A stretch of DNA of 64,000 nt from Rebecca billardiae RCC1528 (GCA_965240325.2 OZ251223.1:372001-436000), one strand, 5' to 3'; numbered from the stretch's first letter, positions 34,701 through 48,035 are shown. A program made the numbers and translations. Notes: a model not told the origin generated them from the letters alone.

Positions 34701-37061
34701 TGCTGGCCAGCAGCAGCCGTTGTGACACTTCTTCCGCCGGCTGACGGCAGCAGGCGGTACCATCGGTCACATTGGTGAATTCGAATCGGGGAGAACCCGG
34801 CAGGCCTCAGCCCCGGACACTGCTGCCTGCCAATGACCTGTGAGGGCCGCAGGCCTTCCGGGGCACGGGGGCCGCTGCGGTCAGCTCTTTGAGCTAGCCC
34901 GGCGCCGGGCGCGCGAACAAGTACGGCCCGGCGTCGGTGAGGCCGAGCAAGGCGCGCCGAAGTGCCGCGGCCCAGATCTCAGCGCACGCATCATCAGTAC
35001 TACGACATCACTGCGCCGCGGATATGCATCAGATAGCGCGACTGATGATGATGATGCGCCGCGCGCTCCCCGCTGACCGGAGCCCGACTACGAGTAGCAG
35101 GCGCGCATGATCTGAGCTGAGTACGTAAGTAGCCCGTGTCATCCAGTGGCGGTGTCACACTTATGTGACTCAGGAGTCGGAGGAGTCGTTATCGTCATAT
35201 CGTCATCATCATCATGAAGACGCGCAATAAAACGGTCATCAGGCGGACCTGCGCTACCATACGCCGTCAATGTAATGCTGAGGGCGAGGCCGGCAGCGTA
35301 GTCGTAACCTACTACTACTACGTACAGAAAAAAGTATAGCGCCATCATAAGAAGAGTAGCTGCGTGTGACTCGTCACCGCGTTCTCAAAACTCCTGCGCT
35401 GCTGATCGGGACTCGGACGTACGCCGTCTTAAGCCTATATACCGGCGTGCGGTCGCAAGTCAATTCACGCGGCCCCTGCGACTCAGCGGCTCACTCACCT
35501 GGCTCATACGCAGCAACCGAGCAGTCACGGAGATCTGAGCAGCAGCTGTTAATTACCAGCCTGCTGCTGCTGCTGCCTGCGGCCGCACGCGGCGTGGAGT
35601 CGAGCGCACAGTCCGCAGCTGCCCGAACGGTTCAGCAGCATCAAATGGCAGCGGCTCGAGCGTGATAGGGGAAGCGAGGGGCGTCAGCTCGCTCGGCGCG
35701 TCCGTCGCCCAGGCCCCTTGGGCAGGCACCGTCGAGCTACCAGCTGCAGCGACTGCCGCCGCTCGCCGTGGTACAATCCCTGCTGCTGCCGCCGCACGGG
35801 TGCGGAGTCGAGCGCACCTCGTGCTGCTCCGGCTGGGCGCGGACACCGCAGCGCCGGATGGCAAACGGCTCCAGCGCGCTGGGCGAGGCGAGCAACGTCA
35901 TCGCGCTCGGTGCGTCCACCGCCCAGGCCCCTCGGGCAGGCACCACCGAGCTGCCAGCCAAAGTGATAGCCGCCGCCCGACGTGGCAACATCCCTGCTGC
36001 CACCGCACTCGGCGCGGAGTCGAGCGCAGCTGCGGCAGCCCACGCTCGACGCGGGCACAGCAGCGCCCGGTGGCAGCGGCTCCAGCGCGCTGGGCGAGGC
36101 GAGCAACGTCACCGCGCTCGCTGCGCCCAGCGCCCAGGCCCCTCGGGCGCGCACCACCGAGCTGCCAGCTGCAGCGCCTGCCGCAGCCCGCGGTGGCACC
36201 ATCCCCGCTGCTGCCGCCGCACTCGGCGCGGAGTCGAGCGCAGCTGCTGCAGCCCAAGCTGGGCGCGGGCACAGCAGCGTCGGATGACAGCGGCTCCAGC
36301 GCGCTGGGCGATGCGAGAGGCGTCATCGCGCTCGGTGCGCCCGGCGCCCAGGCCCATCGGGCAGGCACCACCGAGCTGCCAGCTGCAGCGCCCGCCGTCG
36401 CCCGCCGTGGTACCATCCCTGCAGCTGTGCGGCCGCATCAGCAGCGTGGAGTTGAGTGCCGCCGCTGTTGGCGCGGGTGCTTGAATCAGCACCGGATGGT
36501 TGGTCCTGCACGTCTGAGCACAGGCATGCACCAACTGCTCTCCTGGATGCGTTGAGATACCAGGGCTCACTATCCGTGATCCGTGCTCAGCCTCTCAGCC
36601 TCGCTGAGCAGAGGACACTGGACAGCATCACCTCGCCCGCTCGCAGATGCGGCTGTGCCGTCTCCTTGCTGTCCGACAGCAAGTAGAGGACAGCGCATGC
36701 CAGCACCAGCGGGCACAGCCGATGCGTGTTCGGTGCCTGTGAGAGTTCGCCGCAGCTCGGCCGTCACTGCATGGTGAGCGATGATGAGATGAGTGGCAGC
36801 ACTGTTCACGACTGCAGTGAGCAAGGGTGATGTGCACCGGTGTGGAGGCATGTACAAACGTACAGGCAGCCCCTGCTGCTTGCCCCTTCCTTCTCGACCT
36901 TGATCGCTTCCTCGACGCGCTGCTCCCACGCATGAGCTCTGCGACGCCGTCGGCCCTGCCCACCGACGGCTCACAGGCGGTGACGCCCCGCCTGGGCTGT
37001 GAACAGCTGCCCCATGCTGAGCCCAGGCTGCCCAGCCCCAATTGCAGCAAACCACAAGCAG

Positions 37062-38483
37062 AGGCTCCGCCAGCGGAGCTCAGTTCAAGTTGAATACGTC
37101 CGTGAGCTCCGCCAGCGGAGGTTGAGTGTCAATATGGATAGTATTACGGTTAACGACTTCGCATTACTCCAATATGACATTCGGCGCCACCAAAGCTCCG
37201 CCAGCGGAGCTCAGCTCAAGTCAAGTCGTGGGCCAGATGTCGATAAGGACATTCGGCGCAGCCGAGGCTCCGCCAGCGGAGCTCAGTTCAAGTTGAATAG
37301 GCCCGCGAGCTCCGCCAGCGGAGGTTGAGTGTCAATATGGATATGATTACGGTAGTTAACGGCTTTGCATTACTCCAATATGACATGCGGCGCCACCAAA
37401 GCTCCGCCAGCGGAGCTCAGCTCAAGTCAAGACGTGGGCCATCGATAAGGACATTCGGCGGAGCCGAGGCTCCGCCAGCGGAGCTCAGTTCAAGTCGAAT
37501 AGGTCCGTGAGCTCCGCCAGCGGAGGTTGAGTATCAATATGGATATATGATTACGGTTGACGGCTTCGCATTACTCCAATATGATATGCGGCGCCACCAA
37601 AGCTCCGCCAGCGGAGCTCAGCTCAAGTCGAATAGGTCCGTGAGCTCCGCCAGCGGAGGTTGAGTGTCAATATGGATATGATTATGGTTAACGGCTTCAC
37701 ATTATTCCCATAAATGGCATGCTGCGCCACCAAAGCTCCGCCAGCGGAGCTCAGCTCAAGTCAAGACGTCGGCCATCGATAAGGACATTCGACACAGCCG
37801 AGGCTCCGCCAGCGGAGCTCAGTTAAAGTTGAATACTAGTAGGTCCGCGAGCTCCGCCAGCGGAGGTTGAGTCTCAATATAGATATGACTACGGTTGACG
37901 CTTCCGCGTTACTCCAATATGGCATGCGGCGCCACCAAAGCTCCGCCAGGGGAGCTCAGCTCAAGTCGAGAGTGGGTCATCGATTAAGGACATTAGGACA
38001 TTCGGCGCAGCCGAGGCTCCACCAGTGGAGCTCAGTTCAAGTCGAATAGGCCAGTGAGCTCCGCCAGCGGAGGTTGAATGTGTGGCACAGCGCAGAGTAT
38101 GAATGCGTTGAAAGGCTTAGCATTATTTCTCCAATATGACACACTGCGCTGACCACCGACGCTCCGCCAGCGGAGCTCAGTTCAAGTCAGGTGGGTCATC
38201 AAGAATGGCATTCGGCGCCCCCGAAGCTCCGCCAGCGGAGCTCAGTTCAAGTGCCGAGTGTATTAGTTTACAAAGGCATGGCTCATTAGCGAGCTCCACC
38301 AGCGGAGGTGACTGCTGTTCGGTGGTTGACAGACTTCTGGTATAACTAGTTTGTTGTGTCAATCCTGCAAGCCCAGGCTCCGCCAGCGGAGCATTCCATG
38401 CTCCGCCAGCGGGGATTTTTCGTGGCCACAAAAATCTCCGCCGGCGGAGGGTCTGGGTCTTGCCCGATGCTCCGCTGGCGGGG
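37062..38483. repeat. Right subterminal array (reverse orientation), one ~200-bp unit shorter than the left
   Basis: gagctccgccagcggaggttga near 37104, 37307, 37509, 37642, 37849, 38057 (6 copies vs 7 on the left). Confidence 0.9.
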
Positions 38484-38727
38484 ATTTTTTGTAGTGACTG
38501 CCCTGGCGCGCGCCAACTCGCCCAGTCCGCCACCGAACTTCCGGACCGCGCGCTGCGGCGAGTCTGATGAAACGCCGAGGCTCATCGGCGGCTTCGGCAA
38601 CGCGAACGCTGAGGCGAGGGCGCAAGCTCTTGACGAGGACAGCGCGCCGCCCGGCCACGACCCACCGCCCGGCCGCGTCGCCGCTGGACGGGTGGAGCAC
38701 ACTCGCGCCACGATTTTCTCCCCGGCC

Positions 38728-40158
38728 ATGGCGATCGCATGTCTGCTCGCGCGCTCCGCGCCAGGGAGCGTGCGCGGGGCGCTCCGCCCCCTCGCCACCC
38801 CGTTCAGGGCGTCGGTGGCGGCGGTGATGGCGAGCTCGACGGTCGCCAACGCGCGGCCGATGTCGACGTGGAACAACGTGCCGATGGGCCCGGCTGACCC
38901 GATCCTCGGGCTCACGGCGGCGTTCAACGAGGACACCGACCCGCGCAAGGTCAGCCTCGGCGTCGGCGCGTACCGCGACGGCGCGGGCAAGCCGATGGTG
39001 CTCGACAGCGTCCGCGCGGCCGAGCAGCAGATCGTGGCGGCCAAGATGAACAAGGAGTACCTCGGGATCGTGGGCCTGCCCGAGTTCATCACGCGCGCGG
39101 TGGAGCTCATGCTCGGCCCCGGCTCGCTGTCCGACGGCAACATCGCCGCCGTGCAGACGCTCTCGGGCACGGGCGGCTGCCGTCTCGTCGGCGACTTCTA
39201 TTCGCGCTTCCTCGGCGCCAGCACGCCCATCTACCTGCCCAACCCGACGTGGGCGAACCACAAGAACATCTTCCGCGACGCGGGGCTGGACGTGCGCGCG
39301 TACCGCTACTGGGACCCGGACACGCTCGGCCTCGACCTCGACGGCATGCTCGCCGACATCGAGGGCGCGCCCGAGGGCTCTGTCGTGTTGCTGCATGCGT
39401 GCGCGCACAACCCGACCGGCGTCGACCCGACGCCGGAGCAGTGGGCGCAGATCTCGGACGCGTGCGCGAAGAAGAACATGTACATCTTCTTCGACGCGGC
39501 GTACCAGGGCTTCGCCAGCGGCGACCCCGACCGCGACGCGCACGCCGTGCGCCTCTTCCTCGAGCGCGGGCACCGAATGGCTCTCTGCCAGTCGTTCGCG
39601 AAGAACTTTGGCCTTTATGGCGAGCGCGTCGGCGTCCTCTCGATGATCTGCGCGGACAAGGACGAGGCGAAGCGCGTCGAGAGCCAGCTGAAGATCCTGA
39701 TCCGGCCGATGTACTCCAACCCGCCCCTGCACGGCGCCCGGATCGTCAGCAAAATCCTCGGCGACAAGGTGCGCGCGCGCGTGCGCGCGCCCGAGCCCGC
39801 GCGCGCCGCCACGCGCTCACCGCGCGTGCCGCGTGCCGCGTGCCGCGCCGGCTGGCGCACCCCGCAGGCGCTCGATTCGCAGTGGCGGGGCGAGTGCAAG
39901 GGGATGGCCGAGCGCATCATCTCGATGCGCACCGCGCTGCGCACCGAGCTCGAGAGCCTCGGCTCGACGCGGCCGTGGAACCACGTGACGGACCAGATCG
40001 GCATGTTCTGCTACTCGGGCATGACGGAGGAGCAGGTGCTGCGGCTGCGCTCGGAGTTCCACGTGTACATCACCAACGACGGCCGGATCAGCATGGCGGG
40101 CGTGACGGCGGATAACGTGCGCTACCTCGCCGAGGCGATGCACGCGGTCACCAAGTGA
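38728..40158 (+). CDS. GOT2: Aspartate aminotransferase, mitochondrial
   Basis: [63 protein letters not shown]. Intron 39769-39867. Confidence 0.95.
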   Translation: MAIACLLARSAPGSVRGALRPLATPFRASVAAVMASSTVANARPMSTWNNVPMGPADPILGLTAAFNEDTDPRKVSLGVGAYRDGAGKPMVLDSVRAAEQQIVAAKMNKEYLGIVGLPEFITRAVELMLGPGSLSDGNIAAVQTLSGTGGCRLVGDFYSRFLGASTPIYLPNPTWANHKNIFRDAGLDVRAYRYWDPDTLGLDLDGMLADIEGAPEGSVVLLHACAHNPTGVDPTPEQWAQISDACAKKNMYIFFDAAYQGFASGDPDRDAHAVRLFLERGHRMALCQSFAKNFGLYGERVGVLSMICADKDEAKRVESQLKILIRPMYSNPPLHGARIVSKILGDKVRARVRAPEPARAATRSPRVPRAACRAGWRTPQALDSQWRGECKGMAERIISMRTALRTELESLGSTRPWNHVTDQIGMFCYSGMTEEQVLRLRSEFHVYITNDGRISMAGVTADNVRYLAEAMHAVTK

Positions 40159-40953
40159 GCGCCCAGAGCTGCGTGCCGGACTCACGGACTCTGGTCTCTG
40201 GAGACTGGGCCACGCCCCACTGCGCCGCCGCCTGCGGAGTGCGCCCGATGGCCGATCGATGACGATCGAAAAATGAAATATTATTGTCAAATATGACTAA
40301 TGCGAGTATTCGGACCATCGGTTGATAAATACATATATCTGACGACCGCCGCGCTGGTGTACCATTCGGCGTTCACTGTTGATATATATGTCTTGACGAT
40401 GTAGTCCCGGCGTGACGCCCGCCGATGGCGTGACGCCGACCCGGGCCCGGCGGCCGGGCGACCGACCGGCGGCGGCGCCACCCTGACCCGGCCGGGCCGG
40501 TCGAACAGTCCCGGAGTCCGGACCCGCCGTGGGACCTTGCGGACAGGCGGCGGTGGCCCGTCGTGCATCATCCGCCGCCACCCACCTCGTGCCGCACTGC
40601 TTGCTTGGTGTTGATGGAGTCTGTAAGGCCCTCACGCCGTACGCCCACCGCCGACGAAGGGCCGGCCGTGCTCCACGCCTGCTGCTGCCTGCCGGGGCTC
40701 CGGTCCGGTCGGTACAGACTACAGTGGCTGCGCGCCCGCACACCCGACCTTGCCTGTCACCTCCTCTGCTCGGCGCGGAGCGAGCGGCTCGCAGAGCGTG
40801 AGGGAGAGAGGGGCGTGGCTCCGACTGGCCTCGGACTGCCGCCCCCACCGGAGCCTGCCGGGCGGCCCACCCGCCAACCGGCCGGGCCGGCCCCTGCCCC
40901 CAGCGGCCGTGGCCTACCGGGCAGCCAGTTCGCAGTAAGTAAGTAGTTGGGAA

Positions 40954-40978
40954 GTAGTAGTAGTAGTAGTACTAGTAG
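40954..40978. repeat. (TAG)n tract
   Basis: gtagtagtagtagtagtactagtag just beyond the stop of the Myb gene. Confidence 0.8.
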
Positions 40979-40982
40979 TTCA

Positions 40983-43900
40983 TTAGTGCGCGGGTGAGTC
41001 GGGGGTGCCCTTGGCGCCGTGTGCCGCGGCGCGGTACATTCGGCCGAGGGCCATCAGGCCGCTTGCCTCGAAGCGCTGCTGCGCGATCAGCGCCGCGCGC
41101 TGCGCCTCGTGCGAGAACTGCAGCGCGCTCGTCGCCGGCGCCTCGGGCGTGTTCTTCCCTGCGCGCGAGCGAGCGCGCGCGCGCGGCGGCGCGCACGCGG
41201 TGAGCGTTGGCGCGAGGGGGTCGTGGACGGGGGCGCAATGTGAGTACTACTCATGTGGGCAGTTCTCACGTCGGCCGGAGTGCTGCGCGGTCGCGGCGCG
41301 CGAGGCATCAGGGCCGCGGCGCAAAAGCGCGGCGCACACGCCGCGCGCACGCACATGTGGCCGCCGTGGCGTGCAGCTGCTTGAGCCGCTTGGCCGGCCG
41401 CTCGGCGAGCTGAGCGCACGCGCGGTCGAACGCGCTGATCTCGCCAGCGAGCCGCGCGCGCAGCGTGGCGTTCTCCTCCTTGTGCGCGAGCTCGAGGCGC
41501 GCCTGCTGCACGCGGCAGTACTCGGAGTGTGCGCGCAGCTCCGCGTGGAACGCGGTGCGCGCCGCGGAGGGCGAGAGCGACTGGAGCGGCGTCTGCGGCT
41601 GCGCGGCGGCGTGCGCGAGCGGCGCGGCGGCGGCGCGCGAGCCCGCGGCCGCGCCGATCGTCCGAGCTGTCGCCGACGGCGCCGCGGCCAAGGCTGGGGC
41701 GGAGAGCTGGCGCTTCTTGGGCGGGCATGCGCGAGTGCCTGCTGCGCGGTCGGTCGGTCGCACGCGGGAGCGCGGGCGCGGGAGGGCGGGTGTGGCTGAG
41801 GCAGTGGGCGTCCGCGCTCGCGCGCAACCGCACGCGCGACGCAACGCACGCCCGCCGCGCGCCGCGCGCCCTGCACGCGCCCGACCGCCCGACCGCCCGC
41901 CGCTCGCGATTAGCATGACAGGGGCGCGTGACCACCCCGGCTGGCCCCAGTGGAGGGATGGCCGTCGGCGGAGTCGTGTCGTCATCGCGGCAGGCGGCGC
42001 CCTCGCACGCCGCACGCGCGCGCTCCCGGACCCGCGAACGGCCCTCCCTCGCGAGGGCGCGGCCGGCCGCGCAGCGCGCGCGCGCGCACGCACCTTCGAC
42101 GCTCGTGGCTTCGACCGGCGCGGCGGCAAGCGCTGTGCTAGGCGGCGGGCGCGCGCTGGTGCCGTCGGCCGGCGCGGCGGACGCGGCGCGGAGGAGCGGC
42201 GGTGCGGCGGGTGTGACGGCGGCGGGCGTCGCCGCGCCCGCGGCCGCGCCGACCGGCTCGAGGCCTGGCGTGCGCGACACGGCCGCAGCGCTCTCGGCCA
42301 GTGGCGGCGCCGGCGGCGGGCGCGCCGCCGGCGCGGCCGCGGCCAAGACCAGCGGCGGCGCCGCTGCGCTCGGCTGCTGCTGCTGCTGCTTGGCCGTGAG
42401 TTGCTTGGCGGGTGGCGGGGGCTGGGGCGTGGCAGCCCCTGCGCCGGCGGCGCGCGCGGGCCCCGCAGCCGCCGACGGCGCGCCACCGCCGCGTTTCGGC
42501 TGCTTGGACTGTGGCTGCGCGGCGGCGGCGGCGGCAGCGGAAGCGGCGGGCGCGGCGGACGGCGGCGGAATCGGCTCCGCGCCTGCGGGCGGCGGCGGGA
42601 GCGCGGTCGACAGCGCGCGCGCCACCTCGCCCTCGCGGGCAGGCCGAGCGGGTCGCTGCGGCTGCTGCTGCTGCGGCGGCTGCCGCGAGCTGTGCTGCGC
42701 CGCCGCCGGCGCGGGCGGTGCGGCCAGCGGCGCGGGCGCAGGCGGCGGCGCAACCGCCGCCTGCGTTGCCTCGTCCGACGTCGACTGCGGCGCGGCTGCG
42801 CAGAGCGGGGCTGGACTTGGAGCCTCGTCGCCCGCGGCGGCGGCGGCGAGCGAGTTAGTGCGCGCGAAGCGCGAGGCAAGCGGCGCGTCGTCCGAGCCGT
42901 CGGAGGAGGACGGCGTGTTCGCCACCGCGCCTGCGGCCACCTTCCGCGCCGGCGTCGTCGTCAGCGCCTCAGCGCGCACGGTGGCGCGCTCGGGCGGCGC
43001 GGCGCGGTCGGCGCCGCTGGGCTGGGCGCCGTCACGCGCGCCGCCCTCCGGGGAGCAGGAGAAGACGGGCGGCGGGGGCGCGCGCGCGCGGGGCGGCGCG
43101 AGCTGCGTCGACGCCATCGCCGACGCGCCGCGGCCGGTCGCCAGCCCGGACGGCGGCGCGGCGCCAGGCGTGGCTGGCGGCACCTTGGAGGCGGCTCCGG
43201 CGGCGCGGGGCGCCGCGCGCGTCGTGAGCGCCGCGCTCGACGCCGCGGGCTGGGTGGCTGGGCGCAGCGGCGTGGCGGCAGGCGCGGTGGCGGCCGGGGG
43301 CGACGAGTCGAGCGCCGCGTGCGCCGCGGGCGGCCCCATCTCCGCCTCGGCCGCGGCAGTCGTCAGGTGCGCAGCACCGAAGGGCGAGGCCGGCGCGGGC
43401 TCGCGCGTGCGCGGCTCGTCGGTCTCAAAGTCGGCGGCGCGCGGCTCGTCGGGCTCGTCGTCGGAGGTGAGTGGCGCAGCAGACATCGCATCCGCCTCGC
43501 GCCCCTCGTCCTCCCCCTCCTCCTCGCCCTCGCGCTGCACGGACGTCGCGCCGCGCCGGTTGCGGCGCGCCGTGCTCGCGCGTGGCTGGTTGAACCGCCG
43601 CTCCGAGCCGAGCTTCTGCGCCTTGCCGAGGCTGTCGTAGAACGCGCGGCACTGCTGGCCGGTGCGCCCGCGGATGAACATCGAGAAGAGCCCCCACTTG
43701 CCCTCGTACGCGAAGCGGTGCTCGCCAAGCATCCGCAGGAAGTGAGCGCTCTCCTCGTCTGTCCACGGGCCGTCGCGCGCGCGCTCGCCCGGCGGCAAGA
43801 ACTTGAGGTAGAAGGCGTCAGGCGCCTCGGGCAGCGCGTCCCACGCGGCGCGCTTCTGCTTCGACCACGCCGCGTACTCCGCCGGCGTCCACCGCAGCCG

Positions 43901-44089
43901 GTCGCTCGGCGGCTGGTCGCACAGCGTCGCGGCCGGCGGCTGCGCCGGCGGCGCGCGCGCGCGCGCGCGCGCCGCTGCCAGCGGCGGCTCGAGCGACGCC
44001 TGCGCGCCGGCGCCCTCGGATCCGCCCGCACCCAGCGTCACGGCGGGAGGCGCGCGCGCGCGCGCCGCGGTTGGGCCCGTCGTGGTCAT
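40983..44089 (-). CDS. Myb/SANT-domain protein with long Ala/Pro linker and C-terminal helical region
   Basis: GPWTDEESAHF...KWGLFSMFIRGRTGQQCRAFY; PPKKR NLS-like. Inferred introns 42093-41742 (NAGNAG acceptor) and 41354-41159. Confidence 0.72.
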
Positions 44090-44514
44090 GCGTTTGGGTG
44101 AGTGTGCGTGCGATGCGCAATCCGCCGCGATCGTTCAACCCGTGCTCGAGCTCTGCCAACGGTCTTTTGACTCTTTCCGCCGGCCAGTCCGGCGCAAAAG
44201 GCCCCGGCGACTCTACGAGTCTACGAGCCCCGCGGCCGAGCCGGACAAATCACAAAGCCTGACGTTTCGCTCCACCGTTCATCGAGTTTTGGTACTCCGA
44301 TCATACAAGTTTCAAGTTTGGCACTTAAACCAATGATAAGCCCCAAGGACGCTCGCTGATTGGCTGAGCCTCGCCCGCGCCCTATTGCGGGGAACGGTAA
44401 AGCGACTTACCCACTGTGTAGCTGGGGCCGCATCAAGCCCATCATCGTCACGCTGGGCGGTGGCCACTTGAGGGCCAGGGGAGCGGGCGTTGGTGCTTCG
44501 GCGCACGGCCCCCG

Positions 44515-47500
44515 ATGACGGCTCGCGTGCTCGCGGGGCTGGTCGTGCTGTGCTCGGCGTGGCGCGTCCCAGCCGCGCGCCTGCACGCGTGGCGGCCCGT
44601 GCACGCGCTCCGGCTCAACGGCGAGGTCGCGCGCGCGAGTGGCGACAAGGCCGGCGGCGCGGCCGCGGCCGCGGTGCCCGATACGCTGCGCCTCGCGTTC
44701 CGCGCGGGCAACGCGTCGCACGAGCTGGAGCTCGAGCGGCGCGACGTCTTCAGCCCCAACGCGCGCGTGGTCGTCCACGATGGCGGGCGCACCACCACCT
44801 CCCCGCCGCCCGTTCTCGGAACGTATTCGAGCCCGCGGCGCGCGCAGCGTCCAGGCGCGCCGTGGGCGCGCGCGGTCGTGCTGCCCGACGGCACGGTGCG
44901 CGCGCTGCTGCGCGCGGAGGACGAGGAGACCCGGCGCTCCGAGCTCATGCTCCTCGAGCCCGCGCACATGCACGACCTCGGCCCGGGCGCGGCCGCGAAG
45001 CTCGGCGCGGGCGCGCACGTGTTGCACCGAGTCGCAGACCTGCCGCGCGAGGGCGGCACGTGCAGCCCGGGCGGGCACGAGGAGTACGAGCTCGCGATGG
45101 GCGCGACGCAGCGCGCCAAGCGCGAGCGCGAGCGCGAGCGCCGCTTCCCCAAGCAACCACCGCCGCACGCGCACGCGCACGCGCACGCGCACGCGCACGC
45201 GCGACCCGCCGCCGCGGGCGCCGCCGGTGACGGCGCCGCCGCCGAGCCTCGCGGCCACCAGCATGGCCGCCGCCTGAGCACGCTGGGCACGCTGCCCGCC
45301 GGCCCGCCGTACGGGCGGCTCTCGTCGTGCCCCGCCGAGCCCGTGCTGATGGAGGTGCAGGCGGGCATCGTCGTCGACGCCGGCTTCCGCGCGCAGGCGG
45401 GCAGCGTCGAGCTCGCCACCGCCGAGGTCGCTTCGATCGTGCTCAACACGAACGCGATCTACAACGACCAGGCGGGGCTGGAGGTGAAGATCGGCCACCT
45501 GATCATCGCGGACGACGGCTCGGCGTACGAGGACGTCGGGCCGAACTACAAGCCCTCCACGCCCGGCCTCAAGACCTGCCCCAGCCCCATCCAGGACGGG
45601 ACGGTGATCGAGGCGACTGACTTCTTTACGTTCGAGCCGATGAACGTGACGGTGAACGCGGCCGCGACGCTGCTGAACAAGTTCGCGGCGTGGGTGGGGA
45701 ACCACGGCGTGGGGCTGGCGCCGAGGATGGGGTTCTGGCACCTGCTCACCCACTGCCTCCCCGCGCCGGGCACCGTCGGCCTCGCCTCCCTCGCCGTCTC
45801 GTGCGACGCCGACGGCTCGACGAAACTCTACATCGGCGACTCGACGGTCCCGTGCACGGGCAGCTGCCTGTACAAGATTACTGACACGGGTAACATCGGC
45901 CAGGCGTACTCGTACTCGCCCGAGGCGGGCACGCCGTGCCCGGACGACTGGCCGCTCTGCGCCTCCAAGACCGCCGTCACCTCGTACAGCTCATCCACCT
46001 GGATCACCTTTGCACACGAGGGTGCGCGCGCGCGCGCGCGCCGGAGCGGCCGCGCCGCCGCGCGGTGGCGCGCCGCGCGGTGGCGCGCCGCGCGGCGGCG
46101 CGCCAGCGCGCGCGCCCGCCGCCGCCCGCCGCGCGGTCTGAGGCACACCCGGGCCCCGGCCGGCCGGCCGCCTCTCTCCCTCGCCCTCGCGCGCGCGCGC
46201 TGCCCCCGCCGTGCAGTCGGCCACAACTTCGCCGCGGAGCACACCTTTGGCAACGGCGGCATCATGGATTACAAGGACCCGCCTGACGAGCAGTTCTATG
46301 ACGACGGCCTGCTATGTGGGTACTTTGACGGCCTATTGGACGAGCTGCGGTACTCGAGCGCGCTCGACTGCCTGGTCGCGGCGGCGCCGGAGTGCGGGAA
46401 CGGCGTGCGCGAGGCGGGCGAGTACTGCGACGACGGCAACACGCTCAACCTCGACGGCTGCTCCGACGCGTGTGCCGAGGAGTGTGGCTGGCTGTGCTCG
46501 GAGCCGACACCGCTCGGCACTTCGACGTGCACGCCCCACTGCGGCAACGGGCTGATCGAGCCGGCGTACTTCGAGGAGTGCGACGACAACTCGACGTGCT
46601 GCGTCGGGTGCAAGCTCGCGCCCGGCGCGAGCTGCTCCCCCGGCAACGGCTCGCCCGACTGCTGCTCGGACGCGTGCGAGCTCCGCCCGGCCAACGCCAC
46701 CTGCAGCCTCTTCGGCTTCTGCGGCCCAGACGGCGCGTGCGCGGGCGAGGCGGCCGACACCTGCGAGACGTCGAGCACGCCCAACCTCTTCCTGGACACG
46801 ACGGGCGCGAACCCGGCGGCGGGCGCGGTCGCGTGCCCGATCGGCACGGGCAGCGCCGCGTGCACCCTCGCCTGCTACTCCTCCGACACGACGGGGTGCG
46901 TGCAGCAGCCGGGAGACTCGGCGCTACTCGACGGCGCGCCTTGCTTTGACGGCGGCGTGCTGGGCGTGTGCGAGAGCGGTGCGTGCGTCGCGGGCGTGTG
47001 CGGCAACGGCATCGTCGAGGGGCGGGAGGAGTGCGACGACGGCTCGATCTGCTGCGACCAGGCCACGTGCACGCTCACGCCCGACGCGATGTGCAGCCCC
47101 GCCGCCTCCGAGTGCTGCGGCGCGACCTGCGTCGCCGAGCCCGCGTCGACGGCGTGCAACGGCGGCGCGGGCGCGTGCCAGTCCGGACTTTGCGCGCCGC
47201 TGCCCGGCTGCTCGGGCGGGGGCAGGTCGACGAACACGGCGGACTGCCCGGTGCTGACGGGCGGCGACAACGGCTGCCGCGTGCGCTGCAAGAGCGGCTC
47301 GAACTGCGTCACGCTCTCCGCCTCCGCCGAGTTTCTGGCGGACGGCTCGCCGTGCGACGTCGGCGGAGGCGTGCTTGGCTCGTGTCTAGGCGGCGCGTGC
47401 GTCGAGGGTGTTGTGTGTGAGGTGGAGGGCCTCGTGCCGTCACCGCCGCCGTCGTCGCCGCCGAGCCCGCCGCCGAGCCCGCCGCCGAGCTTGCCGCCGC

Positions 47501-48035
47501 CCAGCCCGCCCAGCCCGCCGCCGCCCAGCGCGCCGCCGAGCCCGCCGCCCTCGCCTCCTTCGATCCCGCCGCTGCCGCCGCTGCCGCCGCCCGCGCCGCC
47601 CAGCCCTCCCTTCGTGGGCACCCGGTTCCGATCGACGATCCAGCTGTCGGACGACGCGAGCGCGTGGGACCAGGCGACGCTCGGCGGGCGCGAGCGGTGG
47701 GACGCGCTGCAGGACGCGATCTACACCGCGCTCGACCTCGACAACTCGACGCACACACTCCGCCTGCGCTCGGTCGCCGCGTCGAGCGGCGTCGTGATCA
47801 CGTTTGACGTACTGCAGGACATGTCCGACTCGCCGCCTGACGTGGACGACGTGATGCTGGCGAGGACCGCGCAGATGGCGTCGCAGGTGAGCACGCGCCT
47901 GCCGGGCACGACGGTCGTCACCGCCGCGAGCGTCGTCTCCGTCGCCGTCATCAACGTCAGCCCGCCGCCGCCGCCCGCGCCGCCGGCAGACGACGGCGGC
48001 GGCGGCGGCGGTTCGGCGAGCAGCAGCAGCAGCGG

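Larger units (their letters stand above)
31528..38496. mobile_element. Non-autonomous CACTA (EnSpm) element with giant inverted arms
   Basis: Termini CACTACAAAAA...TTTTTTGTAGTG. Arms 31528-~34385 and ~35839-38496 are near-identical reverse complements. Flanks agt/act (imperfect 3-bp TSD). No transposase recognisable. Confidence 0.85.

Noticed and set aside
31976-38345. Short mirrored ORFs within the element as real genes
   Set aside because: They are translations of repeat units with no domain and inconsistent frames
31528-38496. Assembly artefact (mirror-read chimera)
   Set aside because: Arms differ in unit number, SNPs and indels, end precisely at CACTA motifs, and have unique flanks; read-level confirmation is still desirable
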